NCBI RefSeq assembly: GCF_009914755.1
Contig: NC_060937.1
Direction: 5' to 3' (one strand)
Origin: the human T2T-CHM13v2.0 reference genome, Homo sapiens
DNA: 64,000 nucleotides
Below are positions 39,810 through 52,429 of this stretch, in pieces. Positions within the stretch are counted from its first letter, which is position 1, and the number at the start of each line of letters is the position of its first letter. The notes beneath the pieces are model-generated. The model was not told the origin of the DNA and searched no databases. It saw nothing but the letters and a program-made list of their open reading frames with translations. A program made the translations under genes and the position numbers.

Positions 39810-40512
39810 AGCAGTCCTGGCTTTTCGTGGTTCTTATATGCAGGAATTTTTGTTACTGTGCTTTGATTAGATAACATGTATAATTCCTTCATGGACACAG
39901 TGCAAATTTCACTTTCCACAGTGTATTAACTACGTGTAATTTCATTCAGTAAAAATTTTGATGCTGGTTTTTAGTACAAAAATTAGTAAGTATTTAATGG
40001 ACAAGCATGATGATCAGTGAGCAATCATGCTCTCTCTGTGAAAGTGTGCTGGTTATTTGTCGCTGTGTACCTGTGCATCTGTATGAATTTAGTTTAGACA
40101 GATATCAAGGTGTGTAGTTGTGTAAACTACTTGTCCTCCAGTCATAAACTCACATAATTTAACTTCTAAAGCACCATCACTGTTGGATAAGTGTCCAAGT
40201 CACCTTTATTCATTTGGATACCTCCATGAAAATGTTAAAAAGCTGCTTTTTACTAACAAATACAACTTTAATCGTCCAGCTAGTGGACCAAGGAGTTATT
40301 TCAATGTTTAAAGCCTACTGTCTTAGACAAACTTTTCAACAGACTTCTGAAGCTACAACTGGAGATCATGCAATTTTTAAGCTAAGTTTTGAAAGATATA
40401 TTACTTAAAAATGCAGTTGAAATACTTAAGCATCATGGCAGCAAAGAAAGTGAGTAATATGTGCGTGCAGTACAGCAGAAACTTGTATTGCTCTGTGAAA
40501 ATAACATGCAGG
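39810..40512 (+). mobile_element. Tigger (TcMar/pogo): Tigger13a-like left arm plus degenerate DDE transposase fragment
   Basis: GCAGTCCTGGCTTTTCGTGGTTC..CAAATTTCAC..ATGATCAGTGAGCAATCA; then LLDKCPSH...NVK / CFLLTNTTLIVQLVDQGVISMFKAYCLRQTF. Confidence 0.75.
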
Positions 40513-41924
40513 ATACCAACAGAATGCAAGTGGAGCTATTGGCTCATTTTGCTCCTGCTTGTGCAGAACTTTTCATGTCAGGCCATCTCCTGGGCTACTG
40601 GTGAGTTTATGGATCGGCCCAGCTGTAGTCTATCCTGTTATTCCTGAAGTGGGGTGGAGGTCAGCCAGCAGCCTGCAAAAATGTTAGAAAATAAGAGTCA
40701 AGCAGGACTTCTGATGCCCCCAGATCATGTTATTGTTATGATCAGCCATCCACAGCAAGTGTCTTATTTGAATTATATCCAATGATAGCGATGGATCTAC
40801 GTTGCTGTTTGCCTCTTGTAACCCACAGAGTGAGAATGCAAAATCCAGGGTTAGGAGTGCAGTCAGTGGCAGTGTGACTAGGTGTTTCTCTGTAGGATAC
40901 TAAGAAAAATACAGCCCAGGAAACTGTTAGTGCTTTCATTTTGTTTCACTATAGGTCTGCCTGGATGATCAAAACAGATGGGAAGGAGCCATGGTGGGGC
41001 AATGATCCTGTTCTGTTGCCTCCTGGAGATTCAAGCATTATATATGGAGAGCTATCATCTCTACCCCTCCTCCCGGTTTACTCTCATGGTGAGGTCAGGT
41101 AGAGTTTAGCAGGGATGTTCATGTGAATATCGTCTGTGTTTGTGAATAGGCTCGTATTTCAGTTGCAAGCAACATGATAACTTTAAAGTTCAGTTGCTGG
41201 TTAATAACTGTCTTTTTTATTAAGTTGATACTGAACTTGATGTCTTTTTGCAGCACTAACAGAGATTACTGGTGCTACCTTTTAGCTTTTGATCATTTAT
41301 GCAAGCCTAGATCTTTAGCTTTATGTTGCAAAAGGGGTATTTTTTTCAACATTTTTTTGGTGAGAGTATTAAAGTTGACATTATTATGATCACAAGTGTA
41401 AACAGGTATATAAGGAAGTGGCGATACATTGTTAAGACTGCTGTTATTCATGATGCTTAGCCAAATGAAGGTGCAATTAATACTGCCATGTAGAACTGGA
41501 ATAACGTCAGCTCAGGAACAGCAAGTTTAGATAGTTTGACTGTAGTGAATTTTCATGAATGGAATAGTTAATCATTTTAGTGGATCTTGGGGGTCAATTC
41601 AGGCTGTTTTACTTGATCCACTTCTTATCATTATCCTTACAAAGTCTTCTGAGATAACACAGCACTGATAGTTGCTAACAGACTTTATATCTACCGCGTT
41701 ATTAGCATTTTATCTCGATACACTGATAAAATAAGCTTCAGGAATACTTAAAAGATTGCAATGGCTTCCAGCTGCCAAATGCTAGATTTAATTATTTTTA
41801 GGACCAACATGAGGGTTTAGACACACCACTTGTGGTGCAGCACACATGTATTATCCAAACTGAAATTAGCAATTCAACTGAAGTCCATGTAGAGTCGAAA
41901 AATGTGAATATTTGGAGATGATTT

Positions 41925-42070
41925 GGCTCACTTTATTTTGTAGAAAAGAAAACAGATTCAGGGAAAGGGCATGCATTGCCTAAGGTGATTCAGCAGGTTT
42001 GGAGCAGAAACGCAATACAATCTCTGTTCTTTTGCTGCTCAGATCCAGAATTTTTTCACAATACTGAACT
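41925..42070 (-). mobile_element. MIR fragment
   Basis: ATTTTGTAGAAAAGAAAACAGATTCAGGGA..TTGCCTAAGGT. Confidence 0.6.
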
Positions 42071-42477
42071 ACTTATGTTTCTGATTCCTTATTTTTTCTG
42101 TTTTATATTTTGCCAATATTGTCTTACCAAGATCCTATTCTTTACCCCAAATATTTAAATTCATTACCACTATTGTCTCTTTATAAGTAAAAGTACTAGT
42201 TGTTATTATAAATGATTATTCGATCACTTTTCATTTTTTGGGGGGTCCAGTACAAAGTTAGTAACAAATAAACATTATAGGCCTTGGCAATCCAAGGGGA
42301 GCTCAAGTCCTCCAGGGCACGTCAGGAAAAGCCTAAATGACAGCTGAGCTTCAAGTGGACAGAATACAGCTCTCATACGGACTGTTGAGTATTTGATATT
42401 CTTCAACAGTTTCATTCATCTTCAGTTTTTTCGTCTTTGAAGTGATGGATTTAGTCCTTGCTATACTCGACTTTCAA

Positions 42478-42920
42478 GTTTCTTTTGAAATAATTATAGA
42501 TTCACAGGAAGTTGCAAAAGGTGCAGGGATGTCTTAGGTACTCTTCACTAATTCTCCCAGCGGTGACATCTCGCATAGCCATAGAGCATATCAAAACCTG
42601 GAAACTGACATAGGTGCAGTTCAGAAAGCTTGCTCAGATCACAACCATTTTGTACACATTTGTTTTTGTATGTATTTGTGTGTGTGTGTGTGTGCATGTG
42701 TTCTGTGCATTTTTATCTCGTGTAGATCTCTGTAACTACAACCTCGACCGTCAAGATACAGAACTGTAGCCTCACCACCAGGCTCCAACTTGCAATCTTT
42801 GTGGACACTCTGACACATTTTCCTCCACCCGTTCCCCTTGGCAACCCCATAGTCTGTTCTCCATCTTTACAATTTTATTTCTATAATTTATATAAATGTA
42901 ATTGTACAAAATCGTATTTT
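42478..42920 (-). mobile_element. L1ME1-like 3' end with a (TG)n run
   Basis: TTTTGAAATAATTATAGATTCACAGGAAGTTGCAAAA..GTCAAGATACAGAACTGT. Confidence 0.8.
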
Positions 42921-45900
42921 TGAAGGGAAGAAACAAGTCACAGATATTTTTGTTCTCACTGCAAAATAATCTTTAACACTCATTTATTTTATGTTCTATT
43001 TGTCTCAAAAAATGTGCCTTGTTCTTTCCCATATTTTCTGATATCAGGATAGGAAATCAATAGCAAACAAAACATAATTCCATTCATTTTTTTTCCACAG
43101 CTTGTTTTTCACTGCTGTTTCCTAACGCTTATTGTTCCATTTACTCTTTCTCTCTGTTTTCCATCACATAAAAGTAACTTTGTGTTCTTTATCTCTTCTA
43201 AGAAAACTTGGTAATGAGTCTTTAATGTGAAGCCCGGACCACCCTTGTTTTGATTTTGTGTTATGGGTGTTCTTTTGTATGATCGCTTTCATGGAGAGTC
43301 CTTGTGAAGCTGGGCTTTTCCAATGGTTTGTCAAAATGGAAATAGATATTTAACAAACCAAACACAAAATGACCTTGCTCCAGGAATGCATCATTTCTGA
43401 GAAAACACTACCTCTTCCAACTAGAGATTGTGAATATTACTCATATTATCCTTTACTCCCTTTTATTAAAACTGTATTTTTTTTACACATTTGTATAACT
43501 CGGGTAATGAAATGTGAAACTAAGTGATTGCCTACCAATTACAATTGATATTAATGATGCTAGTGGGAGGCCACCTCTACAGTGGCTGCGCCATGTCTAG
43601 GGACTTGCTAGCTTTGCTAAGTTACATAGGATTGCCTACGTACTAAATGCAAACTTACTCATGCACATAGGAAACCATTTGTATTAATATGATTAAGAAG
43701 CCCTGCCTAACCCTGATGAAAAATTACTTGAAAATAACAGAAGAGAGTCCTTATTTTAAAGTACATTAACTATTGGGAGTAATTACTATCAGTCCAAACA
43801 TAACTGGATCTAATGAGACTGAACAGAAACAAATTAGACATAATTGGAAGCTAAGCAAAAGTCAATTAAACTCCTATAATTTTACCTTTATAAAAATTAT
43901 TGAATTAAATGACCTGGATCAATTAGCAGAGGAAATAAAGCCATGAAGAATATTTCCGGGAAACTATTACCTTTTTTGAGGGAAAAATATTGTTTCACTT
44001 AATGATTAGAATTTAGTAAAATGTAGCTTAATGAATTTTGCTGCCTTAGCAGTTTAATAACTTCAAATGAAGTAATTATGCAAATTTTTTGATAGTTTGA
44101 CCTACAAAGTAATGCAGGAGTTGTTTTAGGGAATCCAGGAGTAGAATTTATTTGATAGAATAAAATAACATATTTATAAAAATCAGCAAATTCAGATGGT
44201 TTGGAATAAAGATATGATTGCTTTTACTCAATATTCACTTTAGGGCTGGGTTAGCTGTGTGGGAATTGCAGTTGACCTGTTGTAGAAATTGTGTGCTTGG
44301 AAATATATCACCACATTGCTCCATGTAGACTCCCTCTGTGATTCAAGTCTTGTTCCTACAGCACTGCTGTCAACCTTCAACCACCGTCACCCTATAGACC
44401 CCAAGTCAGTTTGTATTCAGTAATGCAAGTGGTGTTCTGTGCAACTGGTCACCCAAGAACTTGGTGCTAAGAAACTGAGAAAGTGATGACCAAGACAATC
44501 TCATCAAAACACAGCCAGGGCCAGTCACAGTATCGTAATTTCTGCTTTCTGGATGTTCAAGGAAATGTAGATCATGACTCCTTCTGTGATGCCTCATTAT
44601 CTTCAAAAGGAGCTATAAGCGTACACTCATTTCCAAATGTGATGGAATAAGATTGCAGTTTCAATTAGGTCCTAAAGTATAATTAATTATATAATAGTTA
44701 TAAAAATATTAATTCTGTAAGGACAGTCACAAAGGAAAGAACAGTAGCAAATAGGTCTCAGGAAATATATCAAATGAGATGTTCAGGTGTGATGCAGCTT
44801 TGTACATACTATGCTAAATACATTATGTCTGTAATTAAACCAGCTGCATACACAATGCAGGTGTGGCAAATTCTTTGCTGAAACATGTATGCCAGTTTCC
44901 TCATTTTTTAAAATGACAAGTGCATGCTTAATCAGGTTAGAGTGGATAGATTATGATATTATCAATGCACTGGACAAATCCATTAATGATATAGTGAGAT
45001 TTTGTGCAGAAAAATGGAATAGAGAGGTGTGAATCCAAACTTTGAAGAATAAAGAACATACATTTGTAATTAAGAAATATCTCTCACTTTCATCCCTTAT
45101 GTGCCACACATAGCACAATCCAGCCCCACCCAGCCATGACTCTTACATATATCACTCCTGACAAAGCCGGCCTGGCAATTCAGACCTGGAGCCCAGGGAA
45201 AAGAGAGGAATCCCATGATTTCTGGCAAACACTGCTGCTTCTTTTGTAGTGGTGTGAGATGAATGCCTCTACATGCACACAAGTGCCATGTTGAGGGGGA
45301 TGAATCTTTCAAGATTTGTTTAAAGTCAAATAATGTGAAGGTCCATGACTGACCTCCAGGCCTCTCAGAGCTTCAGTTAACTCCTTTGTGTTAGGGGATG
45401 TTAGAAGAACGTTTACAAGTCAGAGCAGGTGATGCTCAGGAGCAAGAGTGAATGAGGAGGAGGAACCCAAACAGGTCCAGCACAGAACATCAGCATCTGA
45501 GCATCAAGTCTACCCCTGAGAAAAAGTGGTCCAAAGGTTTGTGTGGACCCCATTCTCCAGGCCTTACAAACCCTGTGATTTCTGCCTCATTCTGTCCCGT
45601 CCTGTCACTTTGAGTCTGAATTGGAAGAGAGAAAAACAGTAACTAGATCAGTAAAGTAAGGAGGAGTGAAGAGCAGGAAGGTGGAGGTCGTGATGGTGGA
45701 AGATGGAAACCTCCTCGCGTGAAATAGAACAGTTTGGATGTCAGCTGTCACTGCTCTAGATCTCCTAAAACCCACTCCATTTTTATTAAAAATATACATT
45801 GCATTTTTCCAGTGTACACGATATCATGTTAAGAGTTCATAAAGTTTTGAGGATGTGAGTAATCAGAAAGGAGGTTTAAAGAACCGATTATTTTGGTGGT

Positions 45901-46326
45901 CTGGCTCCTTTACCCCAGTAGGAAAAGATGCCATTTTGCTTATGCCCTGTGCTGAATTTCAGAATGCCTGTCAACCCAACACGCTTCAGCATGAACTTTA
46001 ACTCAAAAAATCAAAAAGTACCAGGATCAATTTACAATCCTAGCTATATGATATTTTAGAAATTACAAAGCCTGTAAATGAGCTATTTTGTCAACTTCAT
46101 AGATGAGAAATCTAAGAGTGGGTTAGTCAGTTCTCTTAGATTTCTCATATCCATAAAGTGGATAGAACATCTAATTTAGAGGCTTGTTGAAGGATAGACA
46201 GAAATGGCATTTACAAAGTATCTAGTGAAACTACTGGTAGGGATTATATGCTCAGTAAATGATGAGCACTATAATCACAAATAATTTGATCTTTGAAAGT
46301 GTAAAATGTATTTGTCTGTCTGCTTG

Positions 46327-46599
46327 GTTTTTCTCGGAGGCATAGTTTCCCTCTGTCACTCAGGCTGGAGTGCAGTGCTGTGCTCACTGCAGCCTCTGCC
46401 TCTCAGGTTCAAGTGATTCTCCTGCCTCAGCTGGGATTACAGGAGCCTGCCACCATGGCCCAACTAATTTTTGAGTTTTTACTAGAGATGGGGTTTCACC
46501 ATGTTACCCAGGATGGCCTTGAACCTTGGCCTCAAGTGATCCATCCACCTTGGCCTCCGAAAGTGCTGGGATTACAGGCATGAGCCACTGTGCCCGGCC
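46327..46599 (-). mobile_element. Alu (old S/J-like) with two short internal deletions
   Basis: Dimer lacking GATCTCG and CTCCCGAGTAGC segments. Confidence 0.9.
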
Positions 46600-46829
46600 A
46601 CATTTATTTTAATTCAGAGAACAATTTTTCAGTAAGGTTGTACAAATGATTGTCCTACATTCCTGCATGTTTGAAACTCTTTTTCTCTTTTTGTCTTCAT
46701 ATGTGAATGACAGTTTGGCTAGGTATAGAATGCTTGGTTTACACTTTTTATTGTTCATAAATCTATAGTCTTATCTTTGTTCCCATCCTCTATACCAGCT
46801 TGAGTAGGATTAGAGTGTGGGATTCACCT

Positions 46830-47176
46830 ATAAAACTCTATACCCATTGAACAAGTCCTCTTTTCCCCCTCCACTAGTCCCTGGCATCTGCCATTTTACG
46901 TCTCTGTTTCTAAGAGTTTGACTACTTTAAAAACCTCATATAAGAAGGATCATGCAGCACTGTGTTTGTATTTTTGTGACTGGTTTATTTCACTTAGTAT
47001 AGTATCCCCAAGGTTTATCTATGTTATGACATATGAAAGGATTTCCTTTTTTTTTTAAGGCTGAATAATAATTTATTGTGTATATACCACTTTTTAAAAT
47101 CCATTCATCTCTTGACAGATATTTAGGTTGCTTTTACCTCTTGGCTATTATGAATAATGCTGCAATGAACATGAGA
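46830..47176 (-). mobile_element. L1MB-like 3' fragment
   Basis: AAACTCTATACCCATT..GAGTTTGACTACTTTA..GAATAATGCTGCAATGAACATG. Confidence 0.8.
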
Positions 47177-47579
47177 TGAACAAGCTCCTTTTTTATCTCT
47201 TTACTTTTGTTAGAAGCTTTTAATTCCTGATTAATGAGTTCTGAACGTATGCAGAGGTCTCTACCTGGCAGTGACCTAAAGCCTTGTCTTCTGCCACCCC
47301 ACTCAGCCTTCAGATTCACGTCTCTAGATTCTTGAGGTTGGGAAATGTTTCCCTAGCAGCCATGGTTTTGCATTCATTGGCCATTCAGGTTTTCTGCTTT
47401 GCCATCTTCCCCCGGGGGTTTCCTTATCCTCCTGGAAGCACAACTAGGCATTTAAGTCCATGTTGACTGTATTTTACCTGCTATTTCTATGTGTTTTGCA
47501 ATAAGGGCTTTTCAAGATACCCATAACTTGTGGCTAAAAATGAGGTTTGTTCCAATGTGCCTTAGAAATATCCAGTTTC

Positions 47580-47750
47580 ATACTTACCTGGCAGGGCAGA
47601 TACCATGATCTTAAAGGCAGTTTTCCCAGGGCAAGGCTTATCCATTCCACTCTGGATCCATCATAGGGATATGCTGATCCCTGGAATTGCCCCAAATGTG
47701 GGAAGCTCTACTGCAAAATTTTTGGTAGTGAGCGATGGCATTGTGCATTC
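47580..47750 (+). pseudogene. U1 snRNA retropseudogene with a 13-nt insertion
   Basis: ATACTTACCTGGCAGGG..GATACCATGATC..TTTTCCCAGGGC..GGCTTATCCATT..CCCCAAATGTGGGAA..Sm-like AATTTTTGGTAGTG; 15-bp TSD TATCCAGTTTCATAC. Confidence 0.95.
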
Positions 47751-47941
47751 ATGTATGAATTCAACTGAGTATCCAGTTTCATACAAATAATAATAACATC
47801 TTCTATAAAATGTATTCTTGTGTATTAACACATGGGGCTCTCTAGTACTCCTGCTGAGATATATGGGAATCTACCCTAGTTTTGCCATTTTCTCCTAACA
47901 TCAGTCTACTTCTTTTAATATTCATTGCTTCTCCCCATTTC

Positions 47942-48495
47942 TGTAGTTCAGTGCATGTTCCTTTCCTCTGCAGGAACTATTTCTCTTTCCTCACCCAACT
48001 CATAAATCCCTGCCTCCCACCCTAAGGGTAGGCACATGACCCAACCTGGGAGATCAGAATGTCACACCCCCAATACAGGATTGGTTTGTGAGTAGGCAGA
48101 TGATTCTGTCCATGCACAGAACTAAGTAGAAGAGAGTTTTTATACCTCAGCTTAGCTTGATGCTAGCAGAGAGCTACTGGAGTTCTATTTCCTCCTCTAG
48201 GGAAGAAAAGGATTTTGGTTTGGAGATAAAGCCAAGATACCAAGAAAGTGGGAATGAAAGACTTAGAGACAGGGAGTCCTGGCCCCTTTTCAGATGCTCA
48301 GATGCTGGCACTAGCTTGAGGCCCAGTTCTGCTTCTGCTCTTCCCAACAGCCCCTTTTCAGATGTTGGCACTAGCTGGAGGCCCAGCTCTGCTTCTGCTC
48401 TTCTCAACATTTGTTAAGGGGAGCTCCCAATTTCTTTTCTAAGATAGCTGGTTTGACTTGGATATCCATCTCTTCTAATCAAGGGTCCTGATTCC
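47942..48495. mobile_element. Old ERVL-type LTR (LTR16/LTR33-like, tentative)
   Basis: GGGTAGGCACATGACCCAA..GATTGGTTT.. motifs typical of the LTR16/33 group. Confidence 0.4.
48298..48409. repeat. 60-bp tandem duplication
   Basis: TCAGATG(C/T)TGGCACTAGCT(T/G)GAGGCCCAG.. at 48298 and 48358. Confidence 0.92.
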
Positions 48496-48782
48496 TTGTC
48501 ATTGTCATCAAAAAAAATTTGTAAATATTTCACTTCTTGCTGACATGCTTTTGGTGTTGAACAAAGTGATTTGCACAGATACAATCTCTGCATCTTAATA
48601 GCTTACATTCTAAGAGCTGTACACCTGGCACTCTTTCTCTGGAACTATAACTGCTACATTCAAGAATCTTTATTAATAATACTTTTCAGATATATAGTTA
48701 AAAAATAATTTTAATAGTTGAAAGGCATCCATCTTTCCAAGAGGTTTAGACATACTGCAATTGAGTGCTAAGTGACTTTTAG

Positions 48783-49197
48783 TTTGTATTTTTGTATTTT
48801 TTAATATTTGTATTTCCATAGGTTATTGGGGAACAAGTGGTACTCAAGATGGATGAAGGATTTAAATCCAAGACAAGAAACTATAAAAATTCTAAAAGAC
48901 AACATTGGGAAAACTCTTCTAGACATTGGCTTAGGCAAGGATTTCATGAACAAGAACCCATAAGCAAATGCAATAAGAACAAAAATAAATAGCTGGGACC
49001 TAATCAAACTAAAGAGATTTGCACAGCAAAAGAAACAGTCAGCAGAGTAAACAGAAAACACACAGAGTGGGAGAAAATCTTCACAATCTATACATCTGAA
49101 ACAGGACTGATATCCAGAATCTACAATGGACTCAAACAAATTAGCAAGAAACAAACAAATAATCCCATCCAAAAGTGGGCTAAGGACATGAATAGAC
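48783..49197 (-). mobile_element. Short 5'-inverted L1PB insertion
   Basis: Minus-strand tail and 3' terminus (TATTTCCATAGGTTATTGGGGAACAAGTGGTA, to ~48842) fused to a plus-strand ORF2 segment 48843-49197; TSD GACTTTTAG. Confidence 0.88.
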
Positions 49198-51401
49198 TTT
49201 TAGGTATTTGTGTGTGCAGACCTCTTGGTGTCAAGGCTAAACTGTTCCTTTCTCTGACACATAGGAAATTGATGCACAATACCTTGCAGTGTATAATTCC
49301 AGGCCCCTAGGCATTGGAGACTGGGTTATCTTTTCACTCAACTGACAGTTGATACATTGTTTGCACTGAAAAATCTGGCTTTGTTGAACCACACCAGTTT
49401 ATGTTTTTAATTCCAAATGTTACCTTGTTATGAACTATTTTTTTGTCCTTTCCTCTAGAGAAATGCTAATGCTGCTTGCTTACATGGAAAGTAAAGTTAA
49501 GGAGTTGGTGTTGACATTTTGGCTTGCTGTCACAGGCAAAAAAGAGTAGTGCTGTTTTTGTGTGTTTAATTTTCTTTCACTTTCCCCACTCTGTGTATTG
49601 GAGGATGCCTTTAGCAATAAGTAGTCCTTATCCAGGTCACTCACTCATTAACCACCAACCACTGACAGTAATGTCTTTACTAGATATTTTGCTTCTTTTG
49701 ATTAATTTGTCTCTATTTCCTTTGTTCTAAAGCCTATAGTGAGTAATCATATTTGGAATAATAGTAGAGCTCCCTGCTGTGTTTTCATTTGCTTAAATCA
49801 AGACTTAGCTGATGTATTGAGGAACCAAGACTGAGATGTGGGGCTAGGAGGGCCTACGGTCTGTCAGGCACTCTTCAGTGACTTGAGGTGCTGAATGACT
49901 CACACTGTACTGGGAGATGACCACCTGTGTGCATCCAACACTGTCACAGATGTGCCATTGAGCCACCAGGAGCAGCCACAGACCATCAGTGGTTGTGCTT
50001 TGGAATACGCAATTTTGTGTTTCTGGTGAGCTGTAATCTTTTCTTTTCCCGTATAATTATTTTTCATTGAATTATGCTATTAAAACTCATCTTTGGGTTT
50101 CTTGTAACGTCATTGCCGAGAACATTATTTTTGCATTTCACAGTGATTTCTTGAGGAGGAAGTAAGAAGTAATTGTTTTCTGGACTCACTGTCTGAAAAA
50201 CTTGCACTTTACTGAAGCGATTGTTTTATTTACACTAAGTAACAATATGAGTTTTGTTAGCTTTTTGGATGGACTACAAAGCATAAAACCAACTTTGTTC
50301 CTCATCTCTGGCAAAGATGGAGGGTTATTGGCTTGCATTGTGTGATGAGTCTTATACCTGGCTCTGTCTGCTCTTGCCTTTTGCCTTACATTTCAAAGAC
50401 CTCACTTTTTTTTTCTTTTTTTAAAAAATATTTTATCACGTGATTTTATATACATTTTAATAAAATTTCTTTTTTGTAAAAAAAGCAAAGCATAAATAAA
50501 ATAGGGTAGCCATTTCTTCTAAGGTTATGTTGAATCTAACCCAAACTCTTATCAGAGAAAACTCTTCTTTAGATGTAGCCTAAAGCAGGAAGCAACAAAC
50601 CTGTATACAGCCAAAGTATCATCTCAAGGGCCTGCATTCAAATCTCACACATGTGGCTTGAAAGTGATCTCTTTCGCCCTTATTTCAAGGCCTAATCTTA
50701 GGTTACATACTGCTTAAAGAAGCTTCAGTATGCAATTTCAAAGCCTGTAGTAGATGTAAAATGAGAAAATTAGAAATAAGGAGAAAAGCTGCTACATGAG
50801 GACACTGACAGCAAGGAAAGGGAGAGAAAAACTCACAAAGTAAGTGGAAAAATAGACCAATGCAAATAACCCCACATAGTTTAACAGACCTCATCATATC
50901 TATTGTGTACATGTTTGTATGACATAGATTATATCTATTATATGTAACCCAGTGTTCATAGTGTTGACTTAGAAATTATCAACCAAATTCAAAGCTTTAG
51001 GCTTTGAAAATTGTTTGAAAAGATTTTCACCCAAAATATTTAAATTATTAAAAAAAATTATTGTTGATTAAAGTTGTAATCCTCAATTAATTAGAAGTTT
51101 TGGCTATCCAGAGACCTTATATTCCAAAGACTTTAGAGAGCTGTTTGTTAGATGACATAAATTATTACCATTATCCTACATTTAAACTTCTAATTTACGT
51201 AAATAGTGAGCAAAATTGAGAGCCACACAAATATTCAATCTCTGAAGCTCTTATGGCAGCATTGATCAAATAGGTTAGAGAGCACATGGATACAGCTTTA
51301 TTGCCTTCTAGTTTTACTGCAAACGTGCTATTTAATAGTATGCAAATGATTGGCTAGAGGTACAGACCGCCAGGGCCTTCATAGCAAACAGGTTTTGTGT
51401 T

Positions 51402-51516
51402 TACCCTAGCATACAAAAATGCTTCATCTACGATGTATGCTGTAACTGTGTGTATTGTCTACCCTAGCATGCAAAAATGCTTCATCTAAAATGTATGCTA
51501 TAACTATGTGTATTAT
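51402..51516. repeat. 58-bp tandem duplication
   Basis: TACCCTAGCAT(A/G)CAAAAATGCTTCATCTA.. at 51402 and 51460. Confidence 0.9.
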
Positions 51517-52429
51517 ATTATCTATAATTATATTTCTCCTTGGTTTAATATTAGATATTTTCAGGTACAAGAAATGTATGCACATTATAGATTCAATGCA
51601 TGCAGGTTATATGTGTAAATATTTATTGATAAGAGGCATTAAACCCCTGCCTTCTGTGCTGGATAAACTCCTGAACTTAGCCTCCAAAACACCACAGTAG
51701 CCTCCCCGGTAAGCACAGGGCTCTTTCTCTACCCTTTTGTGTCTCCCACGCTCCCACTTGTCTACAAGAGCTGAGTGTAGATCAAGAGCAATAAAGTTCA
51801 TTTCCCCAAAATAAGGCGTAGCGTTCAGGTTTTGTGATACCTGATTGGTTTACATTGTTTACAGGTGGGGCCTCGAAGGGGTAAAAATCAGAAGTTTCTT
51901 ATTCTGAGCGCAAGGGCAAGATCATTGAGCAGACATTGACCTCCCTTCAGACATTTCTTGGGAGGAACAGAATGAGAATTTCAGGGGCCAGTGCCTGCAC
52001 CCTACTAGCTGTGGCAGCCTGGTGCTCATCTACTTCTCCAGCTTGGGAAGGCCTAGGTTAACCCCAGTCTTTGGAGGCATTGTTATTCCTCTTCTCTCCC
52101 TGCTTCCCCGTGTTTGTGTTCTGGGCCCGGTGTAACACTGAGGTTCAGAATTGCTTTCAAGAGAGGAGCCCATTTCTGTGTCTATGCAAGGCTGGACAAT
52201 TTCTCCAAGTGGTTCAGCCTGTGGGGGTTAAGGGGGCAAAAGCATCTCAGCTAGTAATAAACACTGCTTTGCCTCTTGCTTTTTTATTTTTATTTTTGCA
52301 AAACTTCTCTGTAGGTGTGTATTTCTCTAGAGGATTTCAAAAATTCTCTGTAGGTGCGTATTTGTGTAGAGGAAGGAGTGGTGACTGGGCCAGGGTGAAT
52401 GGATTATTTGATCTATATTATCTTGAATT

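Noticed and set aside
47580-47750. Functional variant U1 snRNA gene
   Set aside because: No recognisable PSE or 3' box, mutated protein-binding loops, degraded stem-loop IV, and TSDs indicating retroposition.
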